From a virus: a stretch of DNA of 46,655 nt. Shown here piece by piece: positions 1 to 9,131 of the stretch (within the stretch, counting starts at the first letter, position 1; every line of letters starts with the position of its first letter). Below the pieces are notes generated by a model. That model did no database searches. It was not told the origin of the DNA and worked only from the letters and a program-made list of their open reading frames with translations. The stretch covers positions 1-46,655 of IMG/VR virus record IMGVR_UViG_3300043389_000001, one strand, 5' to 3'. The position numbers were made by a program, and so were the translations under genes.

Positions 1-88
1 CCACCCGGTACGCCCGTACCACCACAACTTCACACCACCCGGTTGAGGCGAGGCCGCAACCTGGGCACCACGACCCGTGGGGTCGAAT

Positions 89-138
89 GGGGCCGACACG
101 TACCGCATATTGCGGACGTGTCGGCCCCTTTCTGTTTT
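89..138 (+). terminator. Intrinsic terminator-like hairpin with U-tract just upstream of the replication operon
   Basis: GGGGCCGACACGT(A)CCGCA-TAT-TGCGGACGTGTCGGCCCC followed by TTTCTGTTTT. Confidence 0.65.
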
Positions 139-161
139 CCGGACACGAACAGGAAGGGCTC

Positions 162-1100
162 ATGGCGACGATCCACCAGAGTGACCTGTCCTCATGGATG
201 CGCTGCCCGACGCAGTTCATGTACCAAAAGGCCGGCCGCGAACGCCGTCAGACCTCGGCCCTGTCCTACGGGTCGGTCATGCACTACGCGATGGAGACGT
301 TCGAGCGCCTGCGCGCCGACCCCGACGTCACCCTCGACCAAGCCACCAAGATCGCCGTCGACACCTTCCAGTACTTCTGGCACCCCAGCAACATCCACGA
401 GGTCAGCGAGCCGGTACAGGCATGGCTGCGCGGGCAGACCTACTCCTCCCTGCGCGACCGGGGCACCGAGGTCATCCAGAAGTACGCCGCCGAGACGAAG
501 TTCGACGACTGCACCCTGCTGGCCACCGAGTACTCCTTCCAAGTACCCATCCCCGGAACGTGGGACCAGGCCCTCGGCCAGCCGCACATCCTCGCCGGCA
601 CCATCGACCGCCTCGCCCTGCGGCTGTACAAGGGCAAGCCCTTCGTGTCCGTCGAGGACTTCAAGACCGGCGCCCAGTACAGCTACCTGCGCCACAACCT
701 GCAGTTCACCGGGTACTGCATGGCCACCCACCTGCCGCACTTCTGGACCGGATGGAACGGTGAGGACGGATACGGCCAGGAGGACGGAACCGCCCTGCAT
801 GAACGGTTCCTCACCTTTCCCCGCCGGGGCACGTGGATCAACCTCAAGACCATCAAGTTCGTCGATGCGGGATTTCGCGGGCCGCTGGACTACCAGCGCT
901 TCGCCCTGGCCGTCGAACAGGTGCTCGCCTCCCAGAAGGCCGAGATCTACCCCCTGACCCTGTCCGGGGACGTCTGCGAGCACTGCGAGTTCCGCGACAT
1001 CTGCGCCGGGACCGGCGTGGCCGAGAACAACCACGGGCAGGCTGGAACCTACGAACCGGCCCGCGTCTTCGGTGAGAACACCCCGGCGGTGACGCCGTGA
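162..1100 (+). CDS. Cas4-like / RecB-family PD-(D/E)XK exonuclease
   Basis: N-terminal RCP plus C-terminal CEHCEFRDIC (1+3 Cys Fe-S pattern); GTIDR...EDFKTG nuclease motif and QFTGY; RBS AGGAAGGG before ATG 162. Confidence 0.85.
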   Translation: MATIHQSDLSSWMRCPTQFMYQKAGRERRQTSALSYGSVMHYAMETFERLRADPDVTLDQATKIAVDTFQYFWHPSNIHEVSEPVQAWLRGQTYSSLRDRGTEVIQKYAAETKFDDCTLLATEYSFQVPIPGTWDQALGQPHILAGTIDRLALRLYKGKPFVSVEDFKTGAQYSYLRHNLQFTGYCMATHLPHFWTGWNGEDGYGQEDGTALHERFLTFPRRGTWINLKTIKFVDAGFRGPLDYQRFALAVEQVLASQKAEIYPLTLSGDVCEHCEFRDICAGTGVAENNHGQAGTYEPARVFGENTPAVTP

Positions 1101-1774
1101 GCAAGAGGCTGTCCCTGCGGGTACGCCGACCCCTGCTGCTGGACCTGTGCTGCGGGCAGGGCGGCGCCTCGGCCGGCTACGTCTCGGCCGGGTTCGACGT
1201 GGTCGGCGTCGACATCAGCCCGCAGCCGAAGTACCCCTACCCCTTCGTCCAGGCCGACGCGCTGCAGTTCCTGGCCGATCACGGCTGGAAGTTCGACGCC
1301 ATCCACGCCAGCTTCCCCTGCCAGGCGTTCACCAAGGCCAGCCGCATCCGCAAGAACGTCCACCCCGACCTGATCACCCCCGGCCGGCCCCTGCTGAACG
1401 AGGTCGGCAAGCCGTGGGTGATGGAGAACGTGCCCGGCTCACCCCTGCTGTCCCCGGTGGAGGTGTGCGGGTGCATGTTCACCGGGCTGGGCGTGTACCG
1501 GGTGCGCTGGTTCGAAACCTCCTACGACATCGCCCTTCCCCAGCTTCCCCACGCGCCCCACACCGACCCGCAGGTGAAGATGGGCCGGATGCCCAAGCCG
1601 GGCCAGCGCATGCACGTGGTCGGCAACTTCTCCGGCATCCCCCAGGCCCGCGTGGCCATGGGCATCGACTGGATGAACCGCGAAGGACTGCGCGAGGCCA
1701 TCCCCCCGGTCTACACGCAGTACATCGGCGGACACGTCAGGGCCCTGCTGGACCTGATGGAGGACCCGACATGA
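1097..1774 (+). CDS. Short DNA cytosine-C5 methyltransferase
   Basis: LLDLCCGQGG (motif I), ASFPCQ (catalytic PC), ENV (motif VI), EAIPP near C-terminus; GTGA overlap with upstream gene. Confidence 0.8.
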   Translation: MSKRLSLRVRRPLLLDLCCGQGGASAGYVSAGFDVVGVDISPQPKYPYPFVQADALQFLADHGWKFDAIHASFPCQAFTKASRIRKNVHPDLITPGRPLLNEVGKPWVMENVPGSPLLSPVEVCGCMFTGLGVYRVRWFETSYDIALPQLPHAPHTDPQVKMGRMPKPGQRMHVVGNFSGIPQARVAMGIDWMNREGLREAIPPVYTQYIGGHVRALLDLMEDPT

Positions 1775-2769
1775 CCTTCGCCTACGACAGCATCCGCGCG
1801 CTGGACCTGTTCGCCGGCACCGGCTGGGGTGTGGCCTGCGACTGGCTCGGGGTGCGCGAGGACGGCGTGGACAACATGCCCGAAGTCATCGCCACCCGCG
1901 ACCGCAACGGCTTTCGCACCCCCTGGCACGACATCCGCGACATGCCCCCGCGCGTGGCCGCAGCCTACGACCTGCTGATCGCCTCACCGCCCTGCCAGTC
2001 CTTCTCCATCGCCGGTGCCGGGGAAGGCCGAGACGCGCTGACCGCCGTGCTGGACGGCGTGCAGGCCCTGTCCCAGGGTCGAGAGCCGTTGCGCACCACC
2101 CCTGACCCCCGCACATGGCTGGTGCTGGAGCCGCTGCGCTTCGCTCTGGCCGGGCATCCGCCTTACATCCTGTGGGAGCAGGTGCCCACCATCCTGCCGG
2201 TCTGGCAGGCGTGTGAGCGGGTCCTGAGCGCCCACGGGTACGTGGTGTGGACCGGGCTGATGCGCACCGAGCAGTACGGCATCCCCCAGACCCGCACCCG
2301 CGCAGTCCTGATGGCCACCAACACGCGCTCCACCATCCTGCCGCCACCGCCGACCACGTCCCGCTACTACGAACGTCAGCCACACCGGATGGACGCCGGG
2401 GTCGGGGCGTGGGTGACCATGCAGTCGACGCTGGGCCTTGACGACGCCGAGCCGTGGCTGGCCCTGCGCTCGAACTACGGCACCAACGGGGTCTCGGCCC
2501 AGCGGGGCCTGAGGTTCATCACCCAGCCGGCCCCGACGGTCACCACCAAGATCAACCGCAATCAGTGGGTTCTGGCCGATCCGGCGGGTAACCGGGAGAA
2601 GTTCACCCCGCTCAATCAGCGCGTCTCTGTCCTGCAGGCCCAAGAGCTGCAGACCTACCCCGAGGACTTCGTGTTCGTCGGGGGCTCCCAGAACCAGTAC
2701 CTGCAGATCGGCAACGCCGTGCCCCCGCTGTGGGGCTACCGGCTCATCGAGTCCGTCCTGACGCCCTGA
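1771..2769 (+). CDS. DNA cytosine-C5 methyltransferase
   Basis: LDLFAG, ASPPCQSFS, EQV (ENV variant), PQTRTR, QIGNAVPP (motif X); ATGA overlap at 1771. Confidence 0.88.
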   Translation: MTFAYDSIRALDLFAGTGWGVACDWLGVREDGVDNMPEVIATRDRNGFRTPWHDIRDMPPRVAAAYDLLIASPPCQSFSIAGAGEGRDALTAVLDGVQALSQGREPLRTTPDPRTWLVLEPLRFALAGHPPYILWEQVPTILPVWQACERVLSAHGYVVWTGLMRTEQYGIPQTRTRAVLMATNTRSTILPPPPTTSRYYERQPHRMDAGVGAWVTMQSTLGLDDAEPWLALRSNYGTNGVSAQRGLRFITQPAPTVTTKINRNQWVLADPAGNREKFTPLNQRVSVLQAQELQTYPEDFVFVGGSQNQYLQIGNAVPPLWGYRLIESVLTP

Positions 2770-2829
2770 CCCACACATTCGGTTCATTACTTCAAGCCGC
2801 ACCAAAGACGTTCAACAGGAAGGAAGCTC

Positions 2830-4395
2830 ATGGCGCTACTGATCAAGACCACCGGACTGGAGGACTACGCACCCGGTGGAACCGCCCGGGTGAAGGTCTT
2901 GGTGATCGGCGGCCCCGGCGCGGGAAAGACGCGCTGGTCCAGCTACTTCCCCAAGCCCATCTTCGCCGACTGCGAGAAGGGCCGCGCCTCCATCGCCGAC
3001 CGGCGCATGCCCTACGTCGAGATCACCAGCAGCCAGGACATGATCGACCTGCTGACGATGATGAAGCACGAGTGCCGTCAGCCCAAGGATGGGCGTAAGT
3101 ACGAAACCATCGTGATCGACACCCTCGACGCCTTCCAGCGCAAGGTGAAGAACGAGTGGATGGAACTCAACCGCAAGGACGTCTTCACCGGGTGGGAGGC
3201 GTGGGGCTACCTCAACTCCAAGATGCAGCTCCTGATGACGCGGCTGCTCAACCTCGACATGCACGTCATCGTGAACGTCCACTACAAGGACAAGACCGTT
3301 CACGACGACGAGACCGGGCGCGACGCCAAGGAACTCATGCTCCAGCTTCAGGGCGAAACGGCTGACACAGCTTTCAACGACTTCGACCTCGTGGGCTGGA
3401 TGGGCACTTTCTGGAAGCCGGGCGACGACGGCAAGCGGGTGCAGAAGCGTGGTCTGACGTTCAAGGCCGACCCCAAGCGCCCGTTCCTGAAGGATCGCCT
3501 GCACGTTACCCCCGACTGGCTGGAGGTGAACTTCGACGGCGATGACTACACCCGTCTGTTCGCACCCATCCAGGCCAAGGCCGAAACCCTCGGCGCCTCA
3601 CAGATCGTGGAGGAAGTTCCTCGCGCCGAACCCGAACGGGACACCTCCACCATCGTGGTGGCCCCCGGCGCCCTAGGTTCGGGACCGGTCGGAACCCACT
3701 CCTTCGCAGCCGCAGCCAAGGATCTGCCGCTGTCGCAGATGGACAAGCCCACGCTGGTGAAGATGGCCCGCGACCTCGGCGTCACCGCCGGGCCCAACGG
3801 GCCCCTGGCCGGCAACTCCACCAAGGCCGAGTACGTCGAAGCACTGGAGGCCCACCGTGACGGGAAGACACCCGCCCCTGCCGCGCCCGCCCGGCCCGAA
3901 CCAGCCCCAGCCGATCCGGTTCCCGAGCCCGCGAAGGTCACCGGAGAACCCGCCCGACCCGCCGCCGCCAAGCCTGCCGTCGCCAAGACCGCAGCCAACC
4001 CACGACGGACCAAGGCCAAGATCCAGTCCACCGAGGCCGGACTGGTCGACGTGTCCACCGGTGAGATCCACGACGAGCCCAAAGACCAGACAGAGCAGGC
4101 TATCCAGACCGTCAAGGACACCCTCGGCGGCGTCGTGATCGAAGACAGCAACGACGACAGCCATGACGATCAGGCCGAAAAGTCCAGCGAGCAGGCGCAG
4201 CACGAGGCCGACAAGGCCGTGGTCCTCAAGCCCGAGCCCGCCGAGGCCAAGAAGCCGGCACCGATTCAGGCCACGTGCGAGATCTGCGGCAAGAGCCTGG
4301 CCGGGGAACGTCCCGACATCGTGAAGATCGCCTTCATCCGGTTCCGCAAGCGCGTGTGCGAAGCCGACTACGACCAGCTCAAGTCCAAGCGCTGA
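2830..4395 (+). CDS. AAA_24-type (Sak4-like) ATPase with long C-terminal extension
   Basis: Walker A GGPGAGKT, Walker B IVIDT, D-x-E-x-G after the P-loop; RBS AGGAAGGA; sits between exonuclease and SSB-like genes. Confidence 0.75.
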   Translation: MALLIKTTGLEDYAPGGTARVKVLVIGGPGAGKTRWSSYFPKPIFADCEKGRASIADRRMPYVEITSSQDMIDLLTMMKHECRQPKDGRKYETIVIDTLDAFQRKVKNEWMELNRKDVFTGWEAWGYLNSKMQLLMTRLLNLDMHVIVNVHYKDKTVHDDETGRDAKELMLQLQGETADTAFNDFDLVGWMGTFWKPGDDGKRVQKRGLTFKADPKRPFLKDRLHVTPDWLEVNFDGDDYTRLFAPIQAKAETLGASQIVEEVPRAEPERDTSTIVVAPGALGSGPVGTHSFAAAAKDLPLSQMDKPTLVKMARDLGVTAGPNGPLAGNSTKAEYVEALEAHRDGKTPAPAAPARPEPAPADPVPEPAKVTGEPARPAAAKPAVAKTAANPRRTKAKIQSTEAGLVDVSTGEIHDEPKDQTEQAIQTVKDTLGGVVIEDSNDDSHDDQAEKSSEQAQHEADKAVVLKPEPAEAKKPAPIQATCEICGKSLAGERPDIVKIAFIRFRKRVCEADYDQLKSKR

Positions 4396-4426
4396 GCCCA
4401 GCAACCCAACTGACGAGGAGAATCCC

Positions 4427-4864
4427 TTGCTGATCGAAAACGAGCACGAAGAAGACACCCGCTTCCGCGACGACCAGATCTTCCGTGCCCGCCTGACCGA
4501 GATCAAGCTGCGCACCTACCCCTTCACCGACAGGGACGGCCACCCGGCCGAAGGCCAGTCGCTGGACTGGTGGTGGGAGATCACCGGCTCCACCGAGGGT
4601 CCTGCCTACATCGGGCGCAAGGTCAAGGGCGAGTGCCACCCCAAGATGACCAACCGCGAGGACAACAAGTTCCGCCAGTGGGCCGAGGCCCTGCTGAATC
4701 GGGAGATCCCGGTCGGGATGAAGCTGGACACAGATGATTTGGTGGGGCTCGAAGCCGACATCCTGATCAGACTGCGCCAGGACCGCAAGGAACGCGACAA
4801 GTGGTGGCCGCAGGTGGATGGAATCGCGCCGGTGGACGGGGCCCTTCAGGACGTGCCCTTCTGA
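4427..4864 (+). CDS. Putative phage single-stranded DNA-binding protein
   Basis: Beta-rich 145 aa ending in DVPF (SSB-type tail); follows the AAA_24 gene; RBS GAGGAG before TTG. Confidence 0.6.
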   Translation: MLIENEHEEDTRFRDDQIFRARLTEIKLRTYPFTDRDGHPAEGQSLDWWWEITGSTEGPAYIGRKVKGECHPKMTNREDNKFRQWAEALLNREIPVGMKLDTDDLVGLEADILIRLRQDRKERDKWWPQVDGIAPVDGALQDVPF

Positions 4865-4878
4865 CCGGCACCTTGATC

Positions 4879-5018
4879 GCCGCGCCTTGAGCCGTAGGAC
4901 CGACGCAGTGTCGGTGTGCTCGGCGCGGCCCGCCGGGAGTACGGCTTGGCTCCCTGGCGGACCCCGGACGGCTGAGGAACGGGGTGGGACTCAGCCGTCC
5001 GGGGGCAACCCCATCCCC
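4879..5018 (+). other. Three back-to-back hairpins in the SSB/primase intergenic region
   Basis: Stems 4879-86/4922-29, 4930-39/4950-60 and a perfect 15-bp stem 4962-76/4990-5004. Confidence 0.6.
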
Positions 5019-5064
5019 CTGCACATATCTGCACCCGCAGTACAGACCCGTGACCTGAGAAGGG

Positions 5065-7059
5065 GTGCGCGTGGAGTTCGACCCGGTCGCCTATCTGGCC
5101 ACCAAGGGACTACGCGGAAAGCCGGTCTCCGGCGGGCGAGAGATCACCTACGCCTGCTTCTTCGACTGCGGTGAGCCCGGCGACTCCAAGAAGAAGAAGC
5201 TCTACATCCAAGCCGACACCGGCCTGTACCAGTGCAAGGTGTGCGACGCCTCCGGCGGCTCCTACCTCCTGCAGAAGCACTTCGGCGACGCACCGAACGA
5301 CGCCCACCACGACAACCCCTTCGCCCGCCGCCGCATCCTCGACTCCGCCACCGAGGTCGGCGAGACCATCCTGCACAACAACGACGACGTCCTGACCTGG
5401 CTGGTCACCGAACGCGGCCTCGAAGCCGAAACCGTCATCGAACGCCGGCTCGGGTTCGTGGCCGGAGGCTGGTCCCTGACCGGGTCCCTGCCCCAGGACG
5501 TCACCAAGGACCAGCTTCTGGACACCGGGCTGGTCCACCGCGACGGCGACCGCAAGGGCCAGGACTTCTTCTGGCGTCACGTCCTGATCCCCTACATCTC
5601 CCGGGGCCACACCATCCAGATGCGCGGACGCGCCTGGGGGGAGACCAAGGGCGGCAAGTACCTCACCGGCCCCGGTGAGCCGGTGCGCCTGTACAACTCC
5701 GACGCCCTCGACGGCGCCGAGGACGTCATCATCACCGAGGGGGAATTCGACTGCATCATCCTGTCGCAGGCACTGTCGCGGGCCGACGAACGACGGGCGC
5801 GCGCGGTGGCCGTGGTCGGGCTGGCCGGCACCCACGCCCTACCCGATGAACTGCTCGACCTGCTCTCCGGCGCCAAGCGCATCTACCTGGGTTTCGACTC
5901 CGACGACTCCGGCCGCAAGGCCGCCGAAACCCTCGCGGAGAAGATCGGCTCACGAGCACGCGTTCTCACCCTGCCCTACGAGAACGGCCGCAAATGCGAC
6001 TGGACCGAATACCTGCTCCCGACCGGGCAGGTGGGCAGCGACTGGGCCGCCCGCCACCCCTACGCCGGGCACACTTGGCGCGACGTCATGCGGCTGCTGT
6101 CCTCCGCCAGCGGCAAACGCCTGTTCTCGGTGGCCGAGAGCGGCGAGGCGTTCCGCGCCTACCGCAACTCCAACCCCGGCCTGAAGACCGGGTACAAGAT
6201 GCTCGACGGGATCATTCGCCCCGGACTGCTGCCAGGCCAGGTGCTGATCTTCCTGGCCAAGACCGGCGCCGGTAAGACCACCCTGCTGTGCAACCTCGCG
6301 GTCAACATGCGCCAGTACAAGGTGCTGTTCATCTCGCTGGAGATGACCCGCGAGGAGGTCTACGACCGGCTGCGGAAGATCTACCTGTTCCACTACCCCC
6401 GCGCCAGCGACCACGACATCGACGACGCGCTGATCAACGTGTGGATCTGCGACGAGAACCGCCTGGGCGAGAACGACATGCGCGCCCTGATCAACGAGTT
6501 CGTCGTGGAGTCCGGTACCACCCCGGACCTAGTCATCGTGGATTACCTCGGCTACTACGCGCGCGGCGCCAAGGGCAACAGCCCCTACGAGAAGACCTCC
6601 AACGCCGTCATGCAGCTCAAGGCCGACGCCAAGGCCGGCCGGTACGTGCTGATCACCCCCAGCCAGGTCAACCGTGGCGCCAAGGAAGGCAAGGCCATCG
6701 ACCTGGACGACGCCCGCGACGCGGGGTCGGTGGAGGAGACGGCCGACTTCCTCATCTCCCTGTACCGGCCCGACGACGGTCTGGTCAACGACGCCTTGGC
6801 CGTCCAGAACCAGCAGCCCTCAGGGATTGTCAAAGGCGACGTCCTGAAATCCCGGCACGGCAACAAGGGCAAGTCCCTAAACCTGCAGATGGACCTGCTC
6901 ACCCTCGCGATCGTCGACGAGGCGCATCCGCTGAGCAAACGCGCCAAGCAGCACAACTACGACTACTGGCGTGGGAGCACGTGGGATGAACTCAGAGCCC
7001 GCGAAACCGCACCGCGTCAGATGAAATTCGACCAATTCGAAGGAGCGCAACGATCATGA
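5065..7059 (+). CDS. Bifunctional DNA primase-helicase (Zn finger + TOPRIM + DnaB-like SF4 helicase)
   Basis: CFFDC...CKVC Zn finger; ITEGEFD and FDSDDSG TOPRIM motifs; Walker A AKTGAGKT, SLEM, VIVDYL, SQVNR, KSRHG. Confidence 0.92.
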   Translation: MRVEFDPVAYLATKGLRGKPVSGGREITYACFFDCGEPGDSKKKKLYIQADTGLYQCKVCDASGGSYLLQKHFGDAPNDAHHDNPFARRRILDSATEVGETILHNNDDVLTWLVTERGLEAETVIERRLGFVAGGWSLTGSLPQDVTKDQLLDTGLVHRDGDRKGQDFFWRHVLIPYISRGHTIQMRGRAWGETKGGKYLTGPGEPVRLYNSDALDGAEDVIITEGEFDCIILSQALSRADERRARAVAVVGLAGTHALPDELLDLLSGAKRIYLGFDSDDSGRKAAETLAEKIGSRARVLTLPYENGRKCDWTEYLLPTGQVGSDWAARHPYAGHTWRDVMRLLSSASGKRLFSVAESGEAFRAYRNSNPGLKTGYKMLDGIIRPGLLPGQVLIFLAKTGAGKTTLLCNLAVNMRQYKVLFISLEMTREEVYDRLRKIYLFHYPRASDHDIDDALINVWICDENRLGENDMRALINEFVVESGTTPDLVIVDYLGYYARGAKGNSPYEKTSNAVMQLKADAKAGRYVLITPSQVNRGAKEGKAIDLDDARDAGSVEETADFLISLYRPDDGLVNDALAVQNQQPSGIVKGDVLKSRHGNKGKSLNLQMDLLTLAIVDEAHPLSKRAKQHNYDYWRGSTWDELRARETAPRQMKFDQFEGAQRS

Positions 7060-7658
7060 CCGAGAACGCCGACAACATCATCAACACTGTCACCGACACC
7101 GAGCCCACCTACACGCTGCCCTCGCGCAACGACACCCCCACCACGGTCGAGGATCTGCAGATCGACACCGACCTCGGCCTGCCGGACGTGGACCTGAACG
7201 AGGGCGAGAGCGGCGAGGCCACCCAGGGCCAGTACGTGGACGTCACCCACGTCATGAGTGACCTGTGGGTCGGCAGCATGGAACACGAGCTGGTGGACGC
7301 AGAATTCGACGCCGTGCTGACGCTGGCCAAGGACGCCGGCCACATCCCCGACACCATCCGCCACCGCCACGTCCCCCTCGGCACCCACGTGCTGGACACC
7401 GCCAAGCTCGACAAGGCCGTCAACTGGGCCTTCACCCAGTGGAAGCAGGACCGCACCGTGCTGGTGCGCTGCGACTACGAGATCGACCGCGCCGCCTTGG
7501 TCGTCGCGCTGGTGTGCGTGGAGATGGGCGGCAACGGCTACGACGCGATCGCCGCACTGGGCTCAGCCGACATCGCGATCAAGGACTTCCGCTACCGCAA
7601 GCACGTCTACGACGCCGGGGAGAAGAACCGCGTCGAGGGCGAGCCCTACGTCATGTGA
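7056..7658 (+). CDS. Dual-specificity/tyrosine phosphatase-like protein
   Basis: LWVGS, FDAVLTL and VLVRCDYEIDRAALV (CX5R) match the DSP fold; acidic N-terminus. Confidence 0.6.
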   Translation: MTENADNIINTVTDTEPTYTLPSRNDTPTTVEDLQIDTDLGLPDVDLNEGESGEATQGQYVDVTHVMSDLWVGSMEHELVDAEFDAVLTLAKDAGHIPDTIRHRHVPLGTHVLDTAKLDKAVNWAFTQWKQDRTVLVRCDYEIDRAALVVALVCVEMGGNGYDAIAALGSADIAIKDFRYRKHVYDAGEKNRVEGEPYVM

Positions 7659-7665
7659 GTCCCGC

Positions 7666-8079
7666 ATGCCCCAGACCGCCAAGCAATTGGCCGCCTGCAC
7701 GTGCGACGGCCAGCTCTCCATCGAAGAAGCCATCGAGGCAGCCATGACCGAAACAGCACCAACCGTCGAGTTCCGCAAGAAGCCCATCATCATCAAGGCC
7801 ATCCAGTTCACCGGCGAGAACTTCGACGAGATCGAGAAGTTCTGCGCCGTCACCAACGAGGAGGAACCGCCCCACTTTCGGGCCACCCGCCCCGATGAGC
7901 ACTTCCGCTACATGAAGGCCATCGTCTGGGACAAGCTGCACAGCTCGTGGGTCGGGGTCAAGGAAGGCCAGTGGATCGTGAGGGGCCTCAAGGGCGAGAA
8001 CTACCCCATCGACGAAGACATCTTGGCCAGCACGTACGAACGCCTCGACCAGCCCCGGGGTGCCGGCGTCCATGAGTGA
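7666..8079 (+). CDS. Conserved phage protein (RKKP..AIQFTG / GE.YP..DI..TYE family)
   Basis: Motifs typical of a widespread small phage family; alternative start at 7744. Confidence 0.65.
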   Translation: MPQTAKQLAACTCDGQLSIEEAIEAAMTETAPTVEFRKKPIIIKAIQFTGENFDEIEKFCAVTNEEEPPHFRATRPDEHFRYMKAIVWDKLHSSWVGVKEGQWIVRGLKGENYPIDEDILASTYERLDQPRGAGVHE

Positions 8080-8494
8080 GCTGATGGACATCATCACCGA
8101 CTGCGAGAACCGGCTGGGCTGCTACATCCCCTCCCGCCACTCCCCCTGGAAGGCCCGCGCCAGTCTGCACCGCCGCATGACCATCGTGATGGAACGCGGC
8201 AACTGGAGCGAGAAGGATCTGCGACTGGCCTTCGCCTATGTCCAGCGCAGCCACCGCGTCATCGACAACCCCATGGAACTGTTCGCGTTCATCGAGGCGG
8301 CCAAGGAGCTGGAGGTCGATGCCACCGTCTTGGACGCGGTCGGCGACCGGGTGAAGGAGGCCATCGCCACCGAGTACGAGCGTGGCGCACCGGACTCCGA
8401 CTACTGGATCGACCGGTTCTCCCGGTCGGTCGGGCCTTTCCGCGCTGAAGTGCTCACCGAGTGGGAGGAATCCCGGCTCCGGCAGGCATCGTGA
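8072..8494 (+). CDS. Hypothetical protein
   Basis: High-GC3 ORF overlapping both neighbours. Confidence 0.7.
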   Translation: MSELMDIITDCENRLGCYIPSRHSPWKARASLHRRMTIVMERGNWSEKDLRLAFAYVQRSHRVIDNPMELFAFIEAAKELEVDATVLDAVGDRVKEAIATEYERGAPDSDYWIDRFSRSVGPFRAEVLTEWEESRLRQAS

Positions 8495-8817
8495 GTCGTT
8501 CCGCTCAGCGGGTGTGGCCGGCGGAGTCACTGCGCGTGGAAGACATCGTCGATCTGCGCGAGCTGCAGTGGCGCCGCCGGGCCGCCTGCCAAGGAACTGA
8601 CCCAGACATGTGGTTCGCCGCCGAAAGCACCACAGAGCGGGCCGTACTGGAACGCATCTGCTCCACCTGCCCGGTCTTCACCGAGTGCCTCGACCACGCG
8701 ATCGCCTACGACGAGAAGGGGTTCTGGGCCGGGACCACCCGCATCGACCGGCACGAAATCGTGGCCGAAGAAACCGGGCAGGCGCCGAAGTACCACCGAT
8801 ACGAACCCAAGCACTGA
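8491..8817 (+). CDS. whiB: WhiB-family Fe-S transcription factor
   Basis: AAC...DMWF...ICSTCPVFTEC...GFWAG: four Cys plus G[IV]WGG-like turn; GTGA overlap. Confidence 0.88.
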   Translation: MSRSAQRVWPAESLRVEDIVDLRELQWRRRAACQGTDPDMWFAAESTTERAVLERICSTCPVFTECLDHAIAYDEKGFWAGTTRIDRHEIVAEETGQAPKYHRYEPKH

Positions 8818-8828
8818 GGCAGGAGCGT

Positions 8829-9131
8829 ATGGCCAAGAAGAAACTCATCGGCAGCCTGCACGCCCACGGCTGCAGCCAGTGCCACACCCGCTACGAGGAC
8901 GCCTGCCTCACCCCCGACGACGACGGCCCGTGCAGCCCCTGCCGGGGCCTGAAGGCATGGCAGCTCCTCATCGACAACATGGCCCCGCGCGAGTGCTGCC
9001 GCGAAACCGCCCGGCTGGTCAACAAGGACGACAAGGACCGGTACAAGCTGGCCGGCAAGCACCTGTGGTTCATCTGCAAGAAGTGCTCGCGCACCCACCC
9101 GTTCGACCCCAAGCCGAAGGCCAGAGCATGA
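8829..9131 (+). CDS. Cys-rich (multi-CxxC) hypothetical protein
   Basis: CSQC, CSPC, CC, CKKC; RBS AGGAG. Confidence 0.7.
   Translation: MAKKKLIGSLHAHGCSQCHTRYEDACLTPDDDGPCSPCRGLKAWQLLIDNMAPRECCRETARLVNKDDKDRYKLAGKHLWFICKKCSRTHPFDPKPKARA

Noticed and set aside
162-1100. Cas4-like gene as a sign of CRISPR-Cas
   Set aside because: No repeat-spacer array or other cas genes seen; solo Cas4-like exonucleases are routine in phage recombination modules
1147-1770. 5' extension of the 540-aa ORF, suggesting a fused methyltransferase
   Set aside because: It is the Arg/Pro-rich shadow frame of 1097-1774; the real start is ATG 1771
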